Counted from the first letter of the stretch, positions 8,916 through 18,457 are shown. The stretch is 64,000 nt of DNA from Melioribacteraceae bacterium (GCA_021739765.1 JAIPBD010000021.1:2453-66452); one strand, 5' to 3'. The notes: generated from the sequence alone by a model not told the origin. Translations and numbers: made by a program.

Positions 8916-9669
8916 CCTCCTTCATCCGGTTTTCTTCCGCAATTTGATTTTTTCTTTTTGTCAACCAATACATTCCGCCCAAGAATACAGAACCGACAGA
9001 AACTACATGCGGTATTTTATCCAAAGCACGTTTAGTTAATTCAGGTAACGGTTCGTTTGGTAAATTTCCGGCAAATCCAAGCTGTTCGAAAGGAACAGGA
9101 GATAAAATTAGAACGTGCGTGCCGCCGGCTTCTTCAAGTCCGTAAACATGCGGATAATAAGTATCCGGATCGTCAGCAATTCTTTGCAACGCAATTTCTT
9201 TTAATTCTTCCAGATCACCGAATAAAGTGGCTTCGGCAGGACAAGCTTCGGCGCATGCGGTCATCTCTCCGTTCTTAATTCTATCATGGCACATTGTACA
9301 TTTTTGAACCACAGGATTATTGCTTTGCCATTCATAACGGGGGATATTATGCGGACATGCTTGCATACAGTATCTGCATCCCATGCATTTGTCGCCATCG
9401 TATAATACCGGACCAAATTCTGTTTTTGTGAACGCACCGACCGGGCAAACGGAAACACAAGTCGGGTCAACACAATGCATACACATTTTACGTGTGTATA
9501 TTTCATCTTCATATTCTTCAACAACAGTATAAGATTTGTAAGAAAGATGATCGGTTAAAAAATCTTCTTTCCCTTCACCATTTTCATTTTGAGCTTTGCA
9601 TGCGTAATAACATTCACCGCATCCCACACACATTGTAGCGTCAAATAAAATTCCTTTTTGCTTAATCAT
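8902..9669 (-). CDS. 4x[4Fe-4S] ferredoxin subunit (NrfC/HybA/DsrO family) with C-terminal TM anchor
   Basis: Cys clusters CVGCGECYYAC, CMHCVDPTCVSVC, CMGCRYCMQAC and CTMCHDR..C..AC. C-terminal helix VVSVGSVFLGGMYWL. No N-terminal Tat signal is visible. Confidence 0.9.
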   Translation of the reverse strand: MIKQKGILFDATMCVGCGECYYACKAQNENGEGKEDFLTDHLSYKSYTVVEEYEDEIYTRKMCMHCVDPTCVSVCPVGAFTKTEFGPVLYDGDKCMGCRYCMQACPHNIPRYEWQSNNPVVQKCTMCHDRIKNGEMTACAEACPAEATLFGDLEELKEIALQRIADDPDTYYPHVYGLEEAGGTHVLILSPVPFEQLGFAGNLPNEPLPELTKRALDKIPHVVSVGSVFLGGMYWLTKRKNQIAEENRMKEDENA

Positions 9670-9680
9670 TTTTCTTTACC

Positions 9681-10379
9681 TCAGGATACTTTTAGGAATT
9701 CATCTTCAAATTTTTTGATTTGATTTTCATCGAGATATGAAACAACACCTTGAACGATTTCACCGCCGTCGTACATCGTAACTCCGGCGAGTTGAGGTTG
9801 TGCGGTTTGAACCGCGAGAAATTCTTTAAATCTGCTGAATTCATCTTGCAACCATTCTTTCGCGTTGAAACTATCGAAGAATGATGCTTTAGATTCGAGT
9901 AAATTTTCGGGTGCTATTTGAACCAACCAACCTTTTTCATAAACTTCTTCGGAATTGTTAACTACCGGTTTTAAATTGGTTGATGAAACTGTCCCTTCAA
10001 TAGGAGAGTAAAATTTTAATTCTTTACCAAGAATATTTGCTGAAAAAAGAACATCCCCTTTTTGAACCGAATCACCTTCACCGACACTCCAGTTTAATTT
10101 TACTTTGCCGAGAGCTTTAAGAATAAACTCATCCAATCCAAGTTGTAAAGTTTCGTTTCCAACCTCTTTTGACCAAATATGGCCTTCGGAGAGAAGAACT
10201 CCTTTTGGCAAATTGAGCTGTTTTGCGTCAAATAACGGAAGGGTTGAATCAGCGAGGGAAAGTGATCTTTCAAATGCCGGGTGTTTTACTTTTTTTGAAC
10301 GGACGATAAAATAATCGATTACAAGAAAAGTGATAAATAATAATGCTACAAATAACGCGACCATTTTGATTTTCTCCAT
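9681..10379 (-). CDS. Membrane-anchored GcvH-like (lipoyl-type fold) protein
   Basis: N-terminal TM helix (VALFVALLFITFLVIDYFIV), then GHIWSKEVGNETLQLGLDEF..VGEGDSVQKGDVLFS..KFYSPIEGTV, which resembles glycine-cleavage H. Start moved to MEKIKM at 10379. Confidence 0.6.
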   Translation of the reverse strand: MEKIKMVALFVALLFITFLVIDYFIVRSKKVKHPAFERSLSLADSTLPLFDAKQLNLPKGVLLSEGHIWSKEVGNETLQLGLDEFILKALGKVKLNWSVGEGDSVQKGDVLFSANILGKELKFYSPIEGTVSSTNLKPVVNNSEEVYEKGWLVQIAPENLLESKASFFDSFNAKEWLQDEFSRFKEFLAVQTAQPQLAGVTMYDGGEIVQGVVSYLDENQIKKFEDEFLKVS

Positions 10380-10400
10380 GTTTTGTTTGGTTATAACATC

Positions 10401-10416
10401 CCAATTGTGATGCCAA
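10401..10416 (-). promoter_or_regulatory. Candidate sigma-54 promoter (TTGGCAT-N5-TTGG) for the GcvH-like/NrfCD operon
   Basis: The minus strand reads ttggcatcacaattgg, with GG and TTG at canonical spacing, about 22 nt upstream of the ATG at 10379. The -12 element is GG rather than GC. Confidence 0.3.
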
Positions 10417-10773
10417 CAATTTTTATCAAGTTTACAAACCACCTAACTTATTGTTTTATAACAAGTTACATGAAGTTGGCTGATTATCTTTGGAATGAGC
10501 ACGAAGTTGGGAGTGATGAATATTTCAACACTCCGGTCTTGTCCTTTGTGGAAAAATTCATCAATACCCTTGAAGGGGTTGATTTTATTGAGGATCGGGA
10601 GTGTTGAATTTCTTTACATAGGTGTGTTGAATTATTCTACAACTTTTGACGATAATGTGATTAAAAGTTGTTCAGAAAGTTCAATTCAACTCAGAATTGA
10701 ATTATTTACTCCATCGAACTTTGCATTATGCGGGAGAGGTTTGTGGAGGCGAAAATTAATTCTAAATGTTGGC

Positions 10774-10827
10774 TTCGACAAGCTCAGCCAACAAATGGTA
10801 TTCGACAAGCTCAGCCAACAAATGGTA
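10774..10827. repeat. 27-bp perfect tandem duplication (ttcgacaagctcagccaacaaatggta x2)
   Basis: Read directly from the sequence, immediately 3' of the ImcH-like gene stop. Confidence 0.9.
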
Positions 10828-10837
10828 AAAATGTAAA

Positions 10838-12331
10838 TTATGGATTTAATCCGGTATGGCAATCCGTACAAAGTGATTCTTTCCACATTTCATCAATATC
10901 TACCGGATGTCTAAATTCCAACGGTTCGCCAAATTTTGCAACTTGTAAACTATCGGCGGGACCTTGCGCGTTGATTACGTGGCATTGATTACAATCATTT
11001 GAAATAACTTTGCCTTCCTCGGATTCGTGGTAAGAATCGTGGCAACGGAAACAGCCATCAAATTCAAAATGACCGATATTGTTGGGATAATAATCCCATC
11101 GGACTTTCATTTCAGGAAAAATGTTTTGATTAAAAGCGTTTTGAACACCAACAATACTTTTTTCGATTAATTCCTTCTGCTCTTCAAAAATGTCTTCATA
11201 ATCTTCGGAATAAAATTCCAGTATTCCATTACGAATTGCGGCCATCGCGGAATCGGTGGTCGGATACTCCTCGCCTAATAATTCCATAGTGAGAGACTTA
11301 ATTTCCGGCAGTTCAGGCGATACATCCCCTCGTGCCAAAGCTTCATTAATAAAAACAGCCGGAGGTCTGTAATTGTGAGACGGGCGGTTGTGGCAATCCA
11401 TACAATCCATAGTTCTTATCTCATAATTCCCCAATGAATCCGGATCGATAGAATCATCACCATCATAAACAGTTATTTCGCCGGTTTCTAAATTCGTATA
11501 TCGAACCCATGGGATTTCCTGTCTTTTTTCGTCTGTTGAAATATATTCAACTTTTGTATTTGGACTAATATGCCAATGGCTTCCTTCCGAAAGACTTTTC
11601 GCGCTGGATTCGGCACCAACTTTTACGGTTAAATTAATATCCCATCTTGTATTTTTTTCATCGCTTAAATAATGGATTTCTTTCCGCATTGTAGAAGAAT
11701 AAAATTTTTCCGGCCAATGGCATTGTTCACAAGTTTCACGGGCCGGACGAAGATTTTTAATCGGAGTCGGAATCGGTCGTTCATATGTATTTGCCATTAC
11801 TGCGTAAACCTGGTATAGTCCTGTGATTTTTGCTTTAACAAACCAATCAGCTCCCGAGCCGACATGGCATTCGGCGCACCCTACTCTCGCGTGTGCTGAT
11901 GTTTGATAAGCTGTGTATTCGGGTTTCATAACCTCGTGGCATATTTCTCCGCAGAATTGATCTGATTCCGAGAAATGAAACGCTTCATATCCGCCAATCG
12001 CAGAGGCAAATAATAAAATTGCGGTTCCAAAAAGAAATATTGCGGTAGCATTTCTGTGTTGAGGAGTATTTAGGTTTATAATCGGTAGTTTGCCCTTATT
12101 CTCTTCAGATTTTTTTTTCTCGAAATACATTCCAATCGGAATTAAAATGAGACCAAAAATCATTACTCCGGGTAAAATCATGTAAATAATTAGACCAAAG
12201 TAAGCGTTACCTCGGTCAAGAATTGTGGTAACGATAGCTAGAATTATGATTAGTGAGAATGTTATTGCGGCTATTACAGCCCCTGCCATCGAAATTAAAT
12301 TATAGAATGAATCTGGAAGTTTGTTTTTCAT
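10838..12331 (-). CDS. Inner-membrane multiheme cytochrome c, NapC/NirT-related, ImcH-like architecture (6 CxxCH + 1 CX3CH)
   Basis: Three N-terminal TM helices, then FCGEICHEVM, CAECH, CEQCH, CMDCH, CFRCH, CNQCH and CTDCH. The size (497 aa) and layout resemble Geobacter ImcH. Confidence 0.75.
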   Translation of the reverse strand: MKNKLPDSFYNLISMAGAVIAAITFSLIIILAIVTTILDRGNAYFGLIIYMILPGVMIFGLILIPIGMYFEKKKSEENKGKLPIINLNTPQHRNATAIFLFGTAILLFASAIGGYEAFHFSESDQFCGEICHEVMKPEYTAYQTSAHARVGCAECHVGSGADWFVKAKITGLYQVYAVMANTYERPIPTPIKNLRPARETCEQCHWPEKFYSSTMRKEIHYLSDEKNTRWDINLTVKVGAESSAKSLSEGSHWHISPNTKVEYISTDEKRQEIPWVRYTNLETGEITVYDGDDSIDPDSLGNYEIRTMDCMDCHNRPSHNYRPPAVFINEALARGDVSPELPEIKSLTMELLGEEYPTTDSAMAAIRNGILEFYSEDYEDIFEEQKELIEKSIVGVQNAFNQNIFPEMKVRWDYYPNNIGHFEFDGCFRCHDSYHESEEGKVISNDCNQCHVINAQGPADSLQVAKFGEPLEFRHPVDIDEMWKESLCTDCHTGLNP

Positions 12332-12493
12332 TTTTACGCGATAAAAAGTTATAAAAATCTTATTTCACACAAACTAACTATACTTTTTTCGAATGTCAAA
12401 CGGGAATTCAATTGAAAATGTTTGCTTGATTTTAGTGAGTGTTGTATTTTAGTGGATAATAGCATCCTAATATAAATCGATTTTGGTAAGAAA

Positions 12494-12509
12494 TGAGAAA
12501 ATTTTCTCA
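12494..12509. promoter_or_regulatory. Perfect 16-bp palindrome tgagaaaattttctca in the divergent control region
   Basis: Read directly. Lies about 60 bp upstream of the candidate -24 element at 12568. Confidence 0.4.
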
Positions 12510-12567
12510 CATGTAAAAATAATCAACAGTTTTGCCGCGAAAATGAATGTTTTAGGGTCTAAAATTT

Positions 12568-12583
12568 ATGCACGATTTTTGCT
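12568..12583 (+). promoter_or_regulatory. Weak candidate sigma-54 promoter (aTGCACG-N4-TTGCT)
   Basis: Aligns to TGGCACG-N4-TTGCW with correct spacing, but the -24 GG is TG. Lies 33 nt upstream of the ATG at 12616. Confidence 0.25.
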
Positions 12584-12615
12584 GTAACTAATTTGTTACT
12601 CAGAGGATTAATAAT

Positions 12616-14856
12616 ATGATGAAATATATTTTCTTACTTTTTCTTGGATTCATGACTTTGCAAGCGCAAGATGAAAATGAATCTTGTTTCGATTGCCATT
12701 CAGATCAAGAATTAACCAAGGAGCACAACGGTAAAGAAATATCACTTTTCGTAGAGGCCGGTAAATTTTCTGAGTCGGTACATGCTGATATGTTGTGTGT
12801 TGATTGCCACGAAGATGTTGATCCGGAAGATCTTCCGCATGATGAGGAATTAGAGAAAGTTGATTGTTCAAATTGCCATGATACCGAAGAATTCAATGAA
12901 GGCATTCACTCCGCGAAAAATATTGAATGCTATGATTGCCATTCTAAGCATGAGATTCAATTCACAAGTAATTTAATTGAAAACCAGGTTGATTTCTGTA
13001 CCACCTGCCATCAAAAACCTTCGGTAAAAAATTATACTAAAAGTGTTCACTTTGCCACATCGAAAGATGGTGAAGGCCCAAAATGTTTGGATTGCCACGG
13101 CAGTTCAGCGCATGGGATAAAAGATGCAAAATTAACAGAACCAGAGCTCCACGAAATGTGCGCTTCCTGTCACAAGGATGCTGTTGTTGATTTTGAGAAT
13201 AGTTTGCATGGCAAAGCTCTTTCACGAAATCAATTTTTGGCTCCAAATTGTATTACTTGCCATAACTCACACGAAATCAGATCGGCGAAGGATGTTAAAT
13301 CTAAAACTTATGTGATGAATATTCCTAACCTTTGCGGTGACTGCCATAAAGACGGTACGACGGTTTCAGCGCAAAAGGGGATTGGTCAGCGGCACATTCT
13401 GGCGAATTATTCACAATCAATTCATGGTGACGGTTTATTTAGAAGAGGATTGACTGTGACGGCAGTTTGTACAAGTTGTCATTTTTCGCACAAAATTTTA
13501 CCGCATGAAAATCCAAACTCTTCAATTAATAGAGATAACATTGCAAATACTTGTATGCAGTGTCATAGCCAGATTGAGACGGTTCATCAAAAAGTTATTA
13601 ACGGTGAATTGTGGGAAAAAGAACCGCATAAAATTCCCGCATGTATCGAATGCCATCAGCCGCATGAAGTTAGAAGAGTCTTTTACGAAGAACGCCTTGA
13701 TGATGAAATGTGTATGGATTGTCATAGTCGGAAGGACATTTCCAAAACCGTAGATGGGAAAAAGGTTTCGTTGTTTGTTGATGCAGATGAAGTTCATGGT
13801 TCAGCACACAAAGAAAATTCTTGTATAAAATGTCATACAAATGTCAGTACCGAAAACAATCCGGTCTGTTTAAGCAGCGGCAAAGTGGATTGCTCGATTT
13901 GTCATGCGGAAGCGGTTGAAGATTATACTGCGAGCACACATGGCCAATTGCACGCGGCAAATGATTCCGATGCACCTTATTGTACTGACTGTCATGGAGA
14001 TCACGGGATAAAAGTTAAAGCGGATGTTAAGTCTGTAACTTTCAAGCAAAATATTCCGATGCTTTGCGGTGAATGCCATAAAGAAGGCGGAGTCGCGGCT
14101 AAAAGATATAAAGGCGAAGATCATAATATTTTTAGCAATTATCAGATGAGTATACACGGTAAGGGATTGAGTAAAAGCGGATTGTTAGTAACCGCGACTT
14201 GCACCAATTGCCACACAACACATAGAGAACTTCCCGTCGCTGATATTACTTCCTCGATTAACCCGGTAAATATTGCCGAAACATGTGCAACTTGTCATCT
14301 GGGTGTTTATGAAGATTTTAAAGAAAGTGTACACAGTCCGCTGGTAACAAAAACAGATAAAAAACTTCCCGCTTGTAACGATTGTCATCTTTCACACACA
14401 ATTGAACGAGTTGGGGAGGAAGATTTTAGACTGCAAATTTTGAATCAATGCGGTAAATGCCACGAAGAAGTAACAAAAACTTATTTCGATACATTCCACG
14501 GGAAAGTATCAAAATTGGGTTCGGACAAAACAGCGAGATGTAATGACTGTCATGGTTCTCATAATATTCTTCCGCCTATTAATCCAAATTCAACTCTTAG
14601 CAGAGATAATATCGTCGAGACTTGTAAAACTTGTCATCCCAACTCAAATAGAAAATTTGTCGGGTATTTAACTCATGCAACACATCATGATAAGGACAAA
14701 TATCCATTCCTTTTTTATACATTCTGGTTTATGTCAATTTTACTTGTTAGTACTTTCGCATTTTTCGGATTGCATACATTACTATGGCTACCAAGAGGAC
14801 TTGCAGAGAAACGGAAACAAAGAAAAGCTAAGAAAAATCAGCCGCCTAAGGAATAA
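12616..14856 (+). CDS. 23-heme c-type cytochrome with signal peptide and C-terminal TM anchor
   Basis: 23 CxxCH motifs counted in the translation. N-terminal signal MMKYIFLLFLGFMTLQAQ. C-terminal helix FLFYTFWFMSILLVSTFAFFGL followed by a basic tail. Confidence 0.9.
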   Translation: MMKYIFLLFLGFMTLQAQDENESCFDCHSDQELTKEHNGKEISLFVEAGKFSESVHADMLCVDCHEDVDPEDLPHDEELEKVDCSNCHDTEEFNEGIHSAKNIECYDCHSKHEIQFTSNLIENQVDFCTTCHQKPSVKNYTKSVHFATSKDGEGPKCLDCHGSSAHGIKDAKLTEPELHEMCASCHKDAVVDFENSLHGKALSRNQFLAPNCITCHNSHEIRSAKDVKSKTYVMNIPNLCGDCHKDGTTVSAQKGIGQRHILANYSQSIHGDGLFRRGLTVTAVCTSCHFSHKILPHENPNSSINRDNIANTCMQCHSQIETVHQKVINGELWEKEPHKIPACIECHQPHEVRRVFYEERLDDEMCMDCHSRKDISKTVDGKKVSLFVDADEVHGSAHKENSCIKCHTNVSTENNPVCLSSGKVDCSICHAEAVEDYTASTHGQLHAANDSDAPYCTDCHGDHGIKVKADVKSVTFKQNIPMLCGECHKEGGVAAKRYKGEDHNIFSNYQMSIHGKGLSKSGLLVTATCTNCHTTHRELPVADITSSINPVNIAETCATCHLGVYEDFKESVHSPLVTKTDKKLPACNDCHLSHTIERVGEEDFRLQILNQCGKCHEEVTKTYFDTFHGKVSKLGSDKTARCNDCHGSHNILPPINPNSTLSRDNIVETCKTCHPNSNRKFVGYLTHATHHDKDKYPFLFYTFWFMSILLVSTFAFFGLHTLLWLPRGLAEKRKQRKAKKNQPPKE

Positions 14857-14858
14857 AA

Positions 14859-15704
14859 ATGAAAAACAAAGAACAAGAAATATATATACAGAGATTTGAC
14901 GCTTATTCCAGAATTCTTCACATTCTGATAATTACAAGCTTTCTATCTCTTGCATTAACGGGGATGATTATCAAATTCTCGGGCTATCCCACTTTTCAAT
15001 TTATATCTGATCTGTTGGGCGGATACGAAGTTACCGGATTTATTCACAGAGCAGCCGCCTTTGTTACTTTTGGTTACTTTTTTCTCCACATCTATTATCT
15101 GATTCGAAAATTGGTAAATAAGGATATGGACCCAAAATATTTTTATTCAGGAGAAAATTCACTCGTTCCGAATAAAAATGATTTTAAAGAATTCGTTCAA
15201 ACTATGAAATGGTTTTTGGGCGTTGGACCTCGTCCGCGATATGGAAGATGGACATATTGGGAAAAATTCGATTATTTCGCCGTCTTTTGGGGAGTCGCGG
15301 TAATTGGATTGAGCGGATTAATATTATGGTTCCCAGAATTTTTTACTAATCTTGGGTTACCGGGATGGTTTATTAACGTATCGACAATAATTCACAGCGA
15401 TGAAGCTCTTCTTGCTACCGGTTTCATTTTTACGGTTCATTTTTTCAACACTCACTTCCGACCGGATAAATTTCCTATGGATCCTGTTATTTTTACAGGT
15501 TGCGTGCCTTTGGAGGAATTCAAAGAAGATCGTCCGAGGGAATATGAAAGATTAATAAACACCGGAACACTTGAAGAACGAATAGTAAATCCACCTTCCT
15601 CAGCTCTTTTAAAAGTTGCGAAAATCTTTGGATTTACTGCTTTTACAATAGGATTGATGATTATAGTATTAATCATATATACTATGATATTTGTATATCA
15701 ATAA
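14859..15704 (+). CDS. Membrane di-heme cytochrome b (FdnI/HydC/PhsC-like)
   Basis: Starts 3 nt after the 23-heme gene. Has 4-5 TM helices with conserved His residues (ILHILII, FIHRAAAF..FFLHIYY, IIHSDEAL..FTVHFF). Paralogous to the C-terminus of the next gene. Confidence 0.75.
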   Translation: MKNKEQEIYIQRFDAYSRILHILIITSFLSLALTGMIIKFSGYPTFQFISDLLGGYEVTGFIHRAAAFVTFGYFFLHIYYLIRKLVNKDMDPKYFYSGENSLVPNKNDFKEFVQTMKWFLGVGPRPRYGRWTYWEKFDYFAVFWGVAVIGLSGLILWFPEFFTNLGLPGWFINVSTIIHSDEALLATGFIFTVHFFNTHFRPDKFPMDPVIFTGCVPLEEFKEDRPREYERLINTGTLEERIVNPPSSALLKVAKIFGFTAFTIGLMIIVLIIYTMIFVYQ

Positions 15705-15721
15705 TAACTTGGAAACATAAA

Positions 15722-18127
15722 ATGATTGCTGAATTTTCTCGTAAACTATTAATAATGTTGGTTTTGACAACCTTTGCTGTTCAAGGCCAAGACTTTGAAT
15801 GTCTCGATTGTCATGATAACCTGATTGAAAAGTCCTCCGCACATTTTGAAGTAATCGAGTGTGGAGACTGCCATTCCGATGTTGAAGACGAAGAGCACAT
15901 GGATACTGGAGCAGCAAAAGTAAAATGTGCTGATTGCCACGATGAATACGCCGAGAATTATAAGTCGAACATTCACTTCCGTTTGGGCGATAAAGTCCCA
16001 AATCCCCCGGATTGTAAATCATGCCACGGCGAACATGAAATAGTTTCTCCTTCGCTGGTAAAAAATAAAGTGAAGTATTATTGCTCCGATTGCCATGCGG
16101 GGAATGTTGTTTTAGCAAACCCTTATCACACCGAAGCTGTAAGCGAGAATATTTGTGCTGATTGCCACGATATTGACGAACCAAATTTACAGCTGACAAA
16201 TTCTGTGCATAGTGATTTAGAATGCGCTGACTGCCATAATTATATTTCAAATAATTTAGAAGACCACCCGGATAATGTTTCATTTAAACAAACAGCGGAT
16301 TGTTATTTGTGCCATAATGACGTCGCGTTAATCCATAGAGAAAGTATTCACGGAATTTCACTCGAAGAAGGTGTTGAAGAAGCAGCGCAATGTTGGGATT
16401 GTCATAATGGACATAATGTCGTTCACGTAAAAGATCCTGCAAGTCCGGTTGCTCCAAAAAATATTACAGCGACATGCGCGACTTGCCACGATGATTCTCA
16501 AATGGCACAAAAATTTAATATCGCGATTGAAAATCCGGGCGAAATGTATTCACTCTCGGTTCATGGAAAGAAAAACGCTGAGGGACTCGAAGCCGCGAAT
16601 TGTGTTTCTTGCCACGGCGGCCATGATATTTACACTGTTATCAATCCGAAATCATCAATTTCGCCTTATAATTTACCGGAGACTTGCGGTAAATGTCATG
16701 CTGATCAGACAGATGAGTATACTCAATCAATTCATTGGATTCGCGCGCTAAAAGGCGAAAGAATGTCTCCGATTTGTAATGACTGCCATAGCGAACACCA
16801 AATTGAAGAAATTCATGGGGACGATGCACAAGCTGCAATTAATTTGCTCCAAGAGCAAACATGTTTCGAGTGCCACGAAAGCTCAATAATTGCAAAACGG
16901 TATGGTAAAAAATCCGGTGAGCCAAATCTATATCGAGATAGTTATCATGGTTTAGCGGTTATGAGAGGTGATAAAGACGCGGCAATGTGTATCGATTGTC
17001 ATGGGGTTCACAAAATATTACCGAATGAACATCCCGAGTCGGAAGTCGGTGACTTGAAAGTAACGGAAACCTGTCAAAAATGTCATCCCGAAGCGACAGA
17101 AGTGTTTTCAAAAAGTTATTCTCACAGATCAACATCAGAAGAAGCCGCGAAAGTTGAATCGATTGTTACCAATCTTTATTTCTGGCTGATTGTGTTGGTG
17201 ATTGGCGGAATGGTAGTTCACAATCTTTTGATTTTTGTTTACGAAATAAAAAACAAGCGTAAAAAGGAAAAGAATGTAATTGTTATTCCGAGATTTTCAA
17301 AAAACGAAGTTGTTCAACATTTTCTGCTTCTTACAACTTTTATTACTCTTGTTATTACCGGGTTTGCCTTAAAATTCCCAAATAGTTTTTGGGCATCAGG
17401 TTTGTTGGAACTCGGTATGATTGAACCCGTCCGGCAAATTGTACATAGAGTTGCCGGTGTGCTGATGCTTCTTGTCGGTTTTTATCATGTATTTTATCTC
17501 TTTGTAACTGCACGAGGACGTGATGTGCTTAAAGAACTTCTCCCGAAGTTGGATGATGCCAGACACGCAATGGATAATATTCTCTACTACACCAGAATCA
17601 GAAAAGAGAAACCAAAATTCAATCAATATGATTATGCCGAAAAAGCGGAATATTGGGCATTGATTTGGGGTACATTCGTAATGGGAGTTACCGGATTTAT
17701 TCTTTGGTTCCCAACAATTATTGGTGATTGGGCGCCGGTATGGTTCATTAAAGTTTCGGAAATTATTCATTATTATGAAGCCATACTTGCCTCGTTGGCG
17801 ATTCTCGTTTGGCATTGGTTCTTTGTCATTTTCCATCCCGGCGAATATCCGATGAGTTTTACATGGATTGATGGAAATATGTCACTTACCCATTACAGAA
17901 AACATCATGAAGGTCATTTCAGAAGATTGCTTTTGAATTGGTATGAAAACAAAAACAATGATAAAAAGCTCAATAATTATACAAAGATGGTATTTAAGAA
18001 ATTCGAAGAATTCGGATTAAAGGCCGATGATGTATTTAACAATGAATTAATAAATGATCCCGAATTGAGATTTTGGTTGGATTCGGTTACTGAGAAGAAA
18101 ACTGATAATTATTTCGATAATGAATAA
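15722..18127 (+). CDS. Fusion of a 16-heme cytochrome c with a cytochrome b membrane domain (CbcL-like architecture)
   Basis: 16 CxxCH motifs in aa 1-470. A TM helix is followed by a b-type domain (VVQHFLLL, IVHRVAGV..FYHVFY, IIHYYEAI..VWHWFF) that can be aligned with the product of 14859-15704. Confidence 0.9.
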   Translation: MIAEFSRKLLIMLVLTTFAVQGQDFECLDCHDNLIEKSSAHFEVIECGDCHSDVEDEEHMDTGAAKVKCADCHDEYAENYKSNIHFRLGDKVPNPPDCKSCHGEHEIVSPSLVKNKVKYYCSDCHAGNVVLANPYHTEAVSENICADCHDIDEPNLQLTNSVHSDLECADCHNYISNNLEDHPDNVSFKQTADCYLCHNDVALIHRESIHGISLEEGVEEAAQCWDCHNGHNVVHVKDPASPVAPKNITATCATCHDDSQMAQKFNIAIENPGEMYSLSVHGKKNAEGLEAANCVSCHGGHDIYTVINPKSSISPYNLPETCGKCHADQTDEYTQSIHWIRALKGERMSPICNDCHSEHQIEEIHGDDAQAAINLLQEQTCFECHESSIIAKRYGKKSGEPNLYRDSYHGLAVMRGDKDAAMCIDCHGVHKILPNEHPESEVGDLKVTETCQKCHPEATEVFSKSYSHRSTSEEAAKVESIVTNLYFWLIVLVIGGMVVHNLLIFVYEIKNKRKKEKNVIVIPRFSKNEVVQHFLLLTTFITLVITGFALKFPNSFWASGLLELGMIEPVRQIVHRVAGVLMLLVGFYHVFYLFVTARGRDVLKELLPKLDDARHAMDNILYYTRIRKEKPKFNQYDYAEKAEYWALIWGTFVMGVTGFILWFPTIIGDWAPVWFIKVSEIIHYYEAILASLAILVWHWFFVIFHPGEYPMSFTWIDGNMSLTHYRKHHEGHFRRLLLNWYENKNNDKKLNNYTKMVFKKFEEFGLKADDVFNNELINDPELRFWLDSVTEKKTDNYFDNE

Positions 18128-18154
18128 TATTGCTAAATTATAGGGAGATGTGAA

Positions 18155-18457
18155 ATGTACGCAAGGTTAACAACTTTCCACATTCCAATCAGTAAAACTG
18201 ATGAAGCTGTGGATATTTATAAAAACAGTATAATTCCTGCAGCCGAAAACCAAGAAGGATTTGTTGAAGCGTATTTTTTAATTAATAAAAATGCGGGAAA
18301 ATTTATTTCAATGACGGTCTGGCAAGATGTTGAATTTGCTGTTGCAAACCAAAAAACCGGATATTATCAAGCGCAAATTGATAAACTTGCTCATTTGCAA
18401 GTCGTTTCGCCTGAAATTGAGGGCTATGAAGTTGCAGCCAGAGAGTGCAAAATCTGA
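18155..18457 (+). CDS. ABM-like (dimeric alpha/beta barrel) small protein
   Basis: 100 aa. The pattern ARLTTFHI...GFVEAYFL.....FISMTVWQD.E is typical of the antibiotic-biosynthesis-monooxygenase fold. Confidence 0.6.
   Translation: MYARLTTFHIPISKTDEAVDIYKNSIIPAAENQEGFVEAYFLINKNAGKFISMTVWQDVEFAVANQKTGYYQAQIDKLAHLQVVSPEIEGYEVAARECKI

Noticed and set aside
7734-9669. Canonical polysulfide/thiosulfate/nitrite reductase (PsrABC, PhsABC, NrfABCD)
   Set aside because: No molybdopterin catalytic subunit or NrfA-type pentaheme (CxxCK) gene is present in the window. Only the NrfC/NrfD-like electron-transfer module is there.
10495-10988. ORFs 10495-10836 (+), 10686-10886 (-) and 10728-10988 (+)
   Set aside because: They span an intergenic spacer, the 27-bp duplication, or the 3' end of the ImcH-like gene. 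They have no motifs and no start context.
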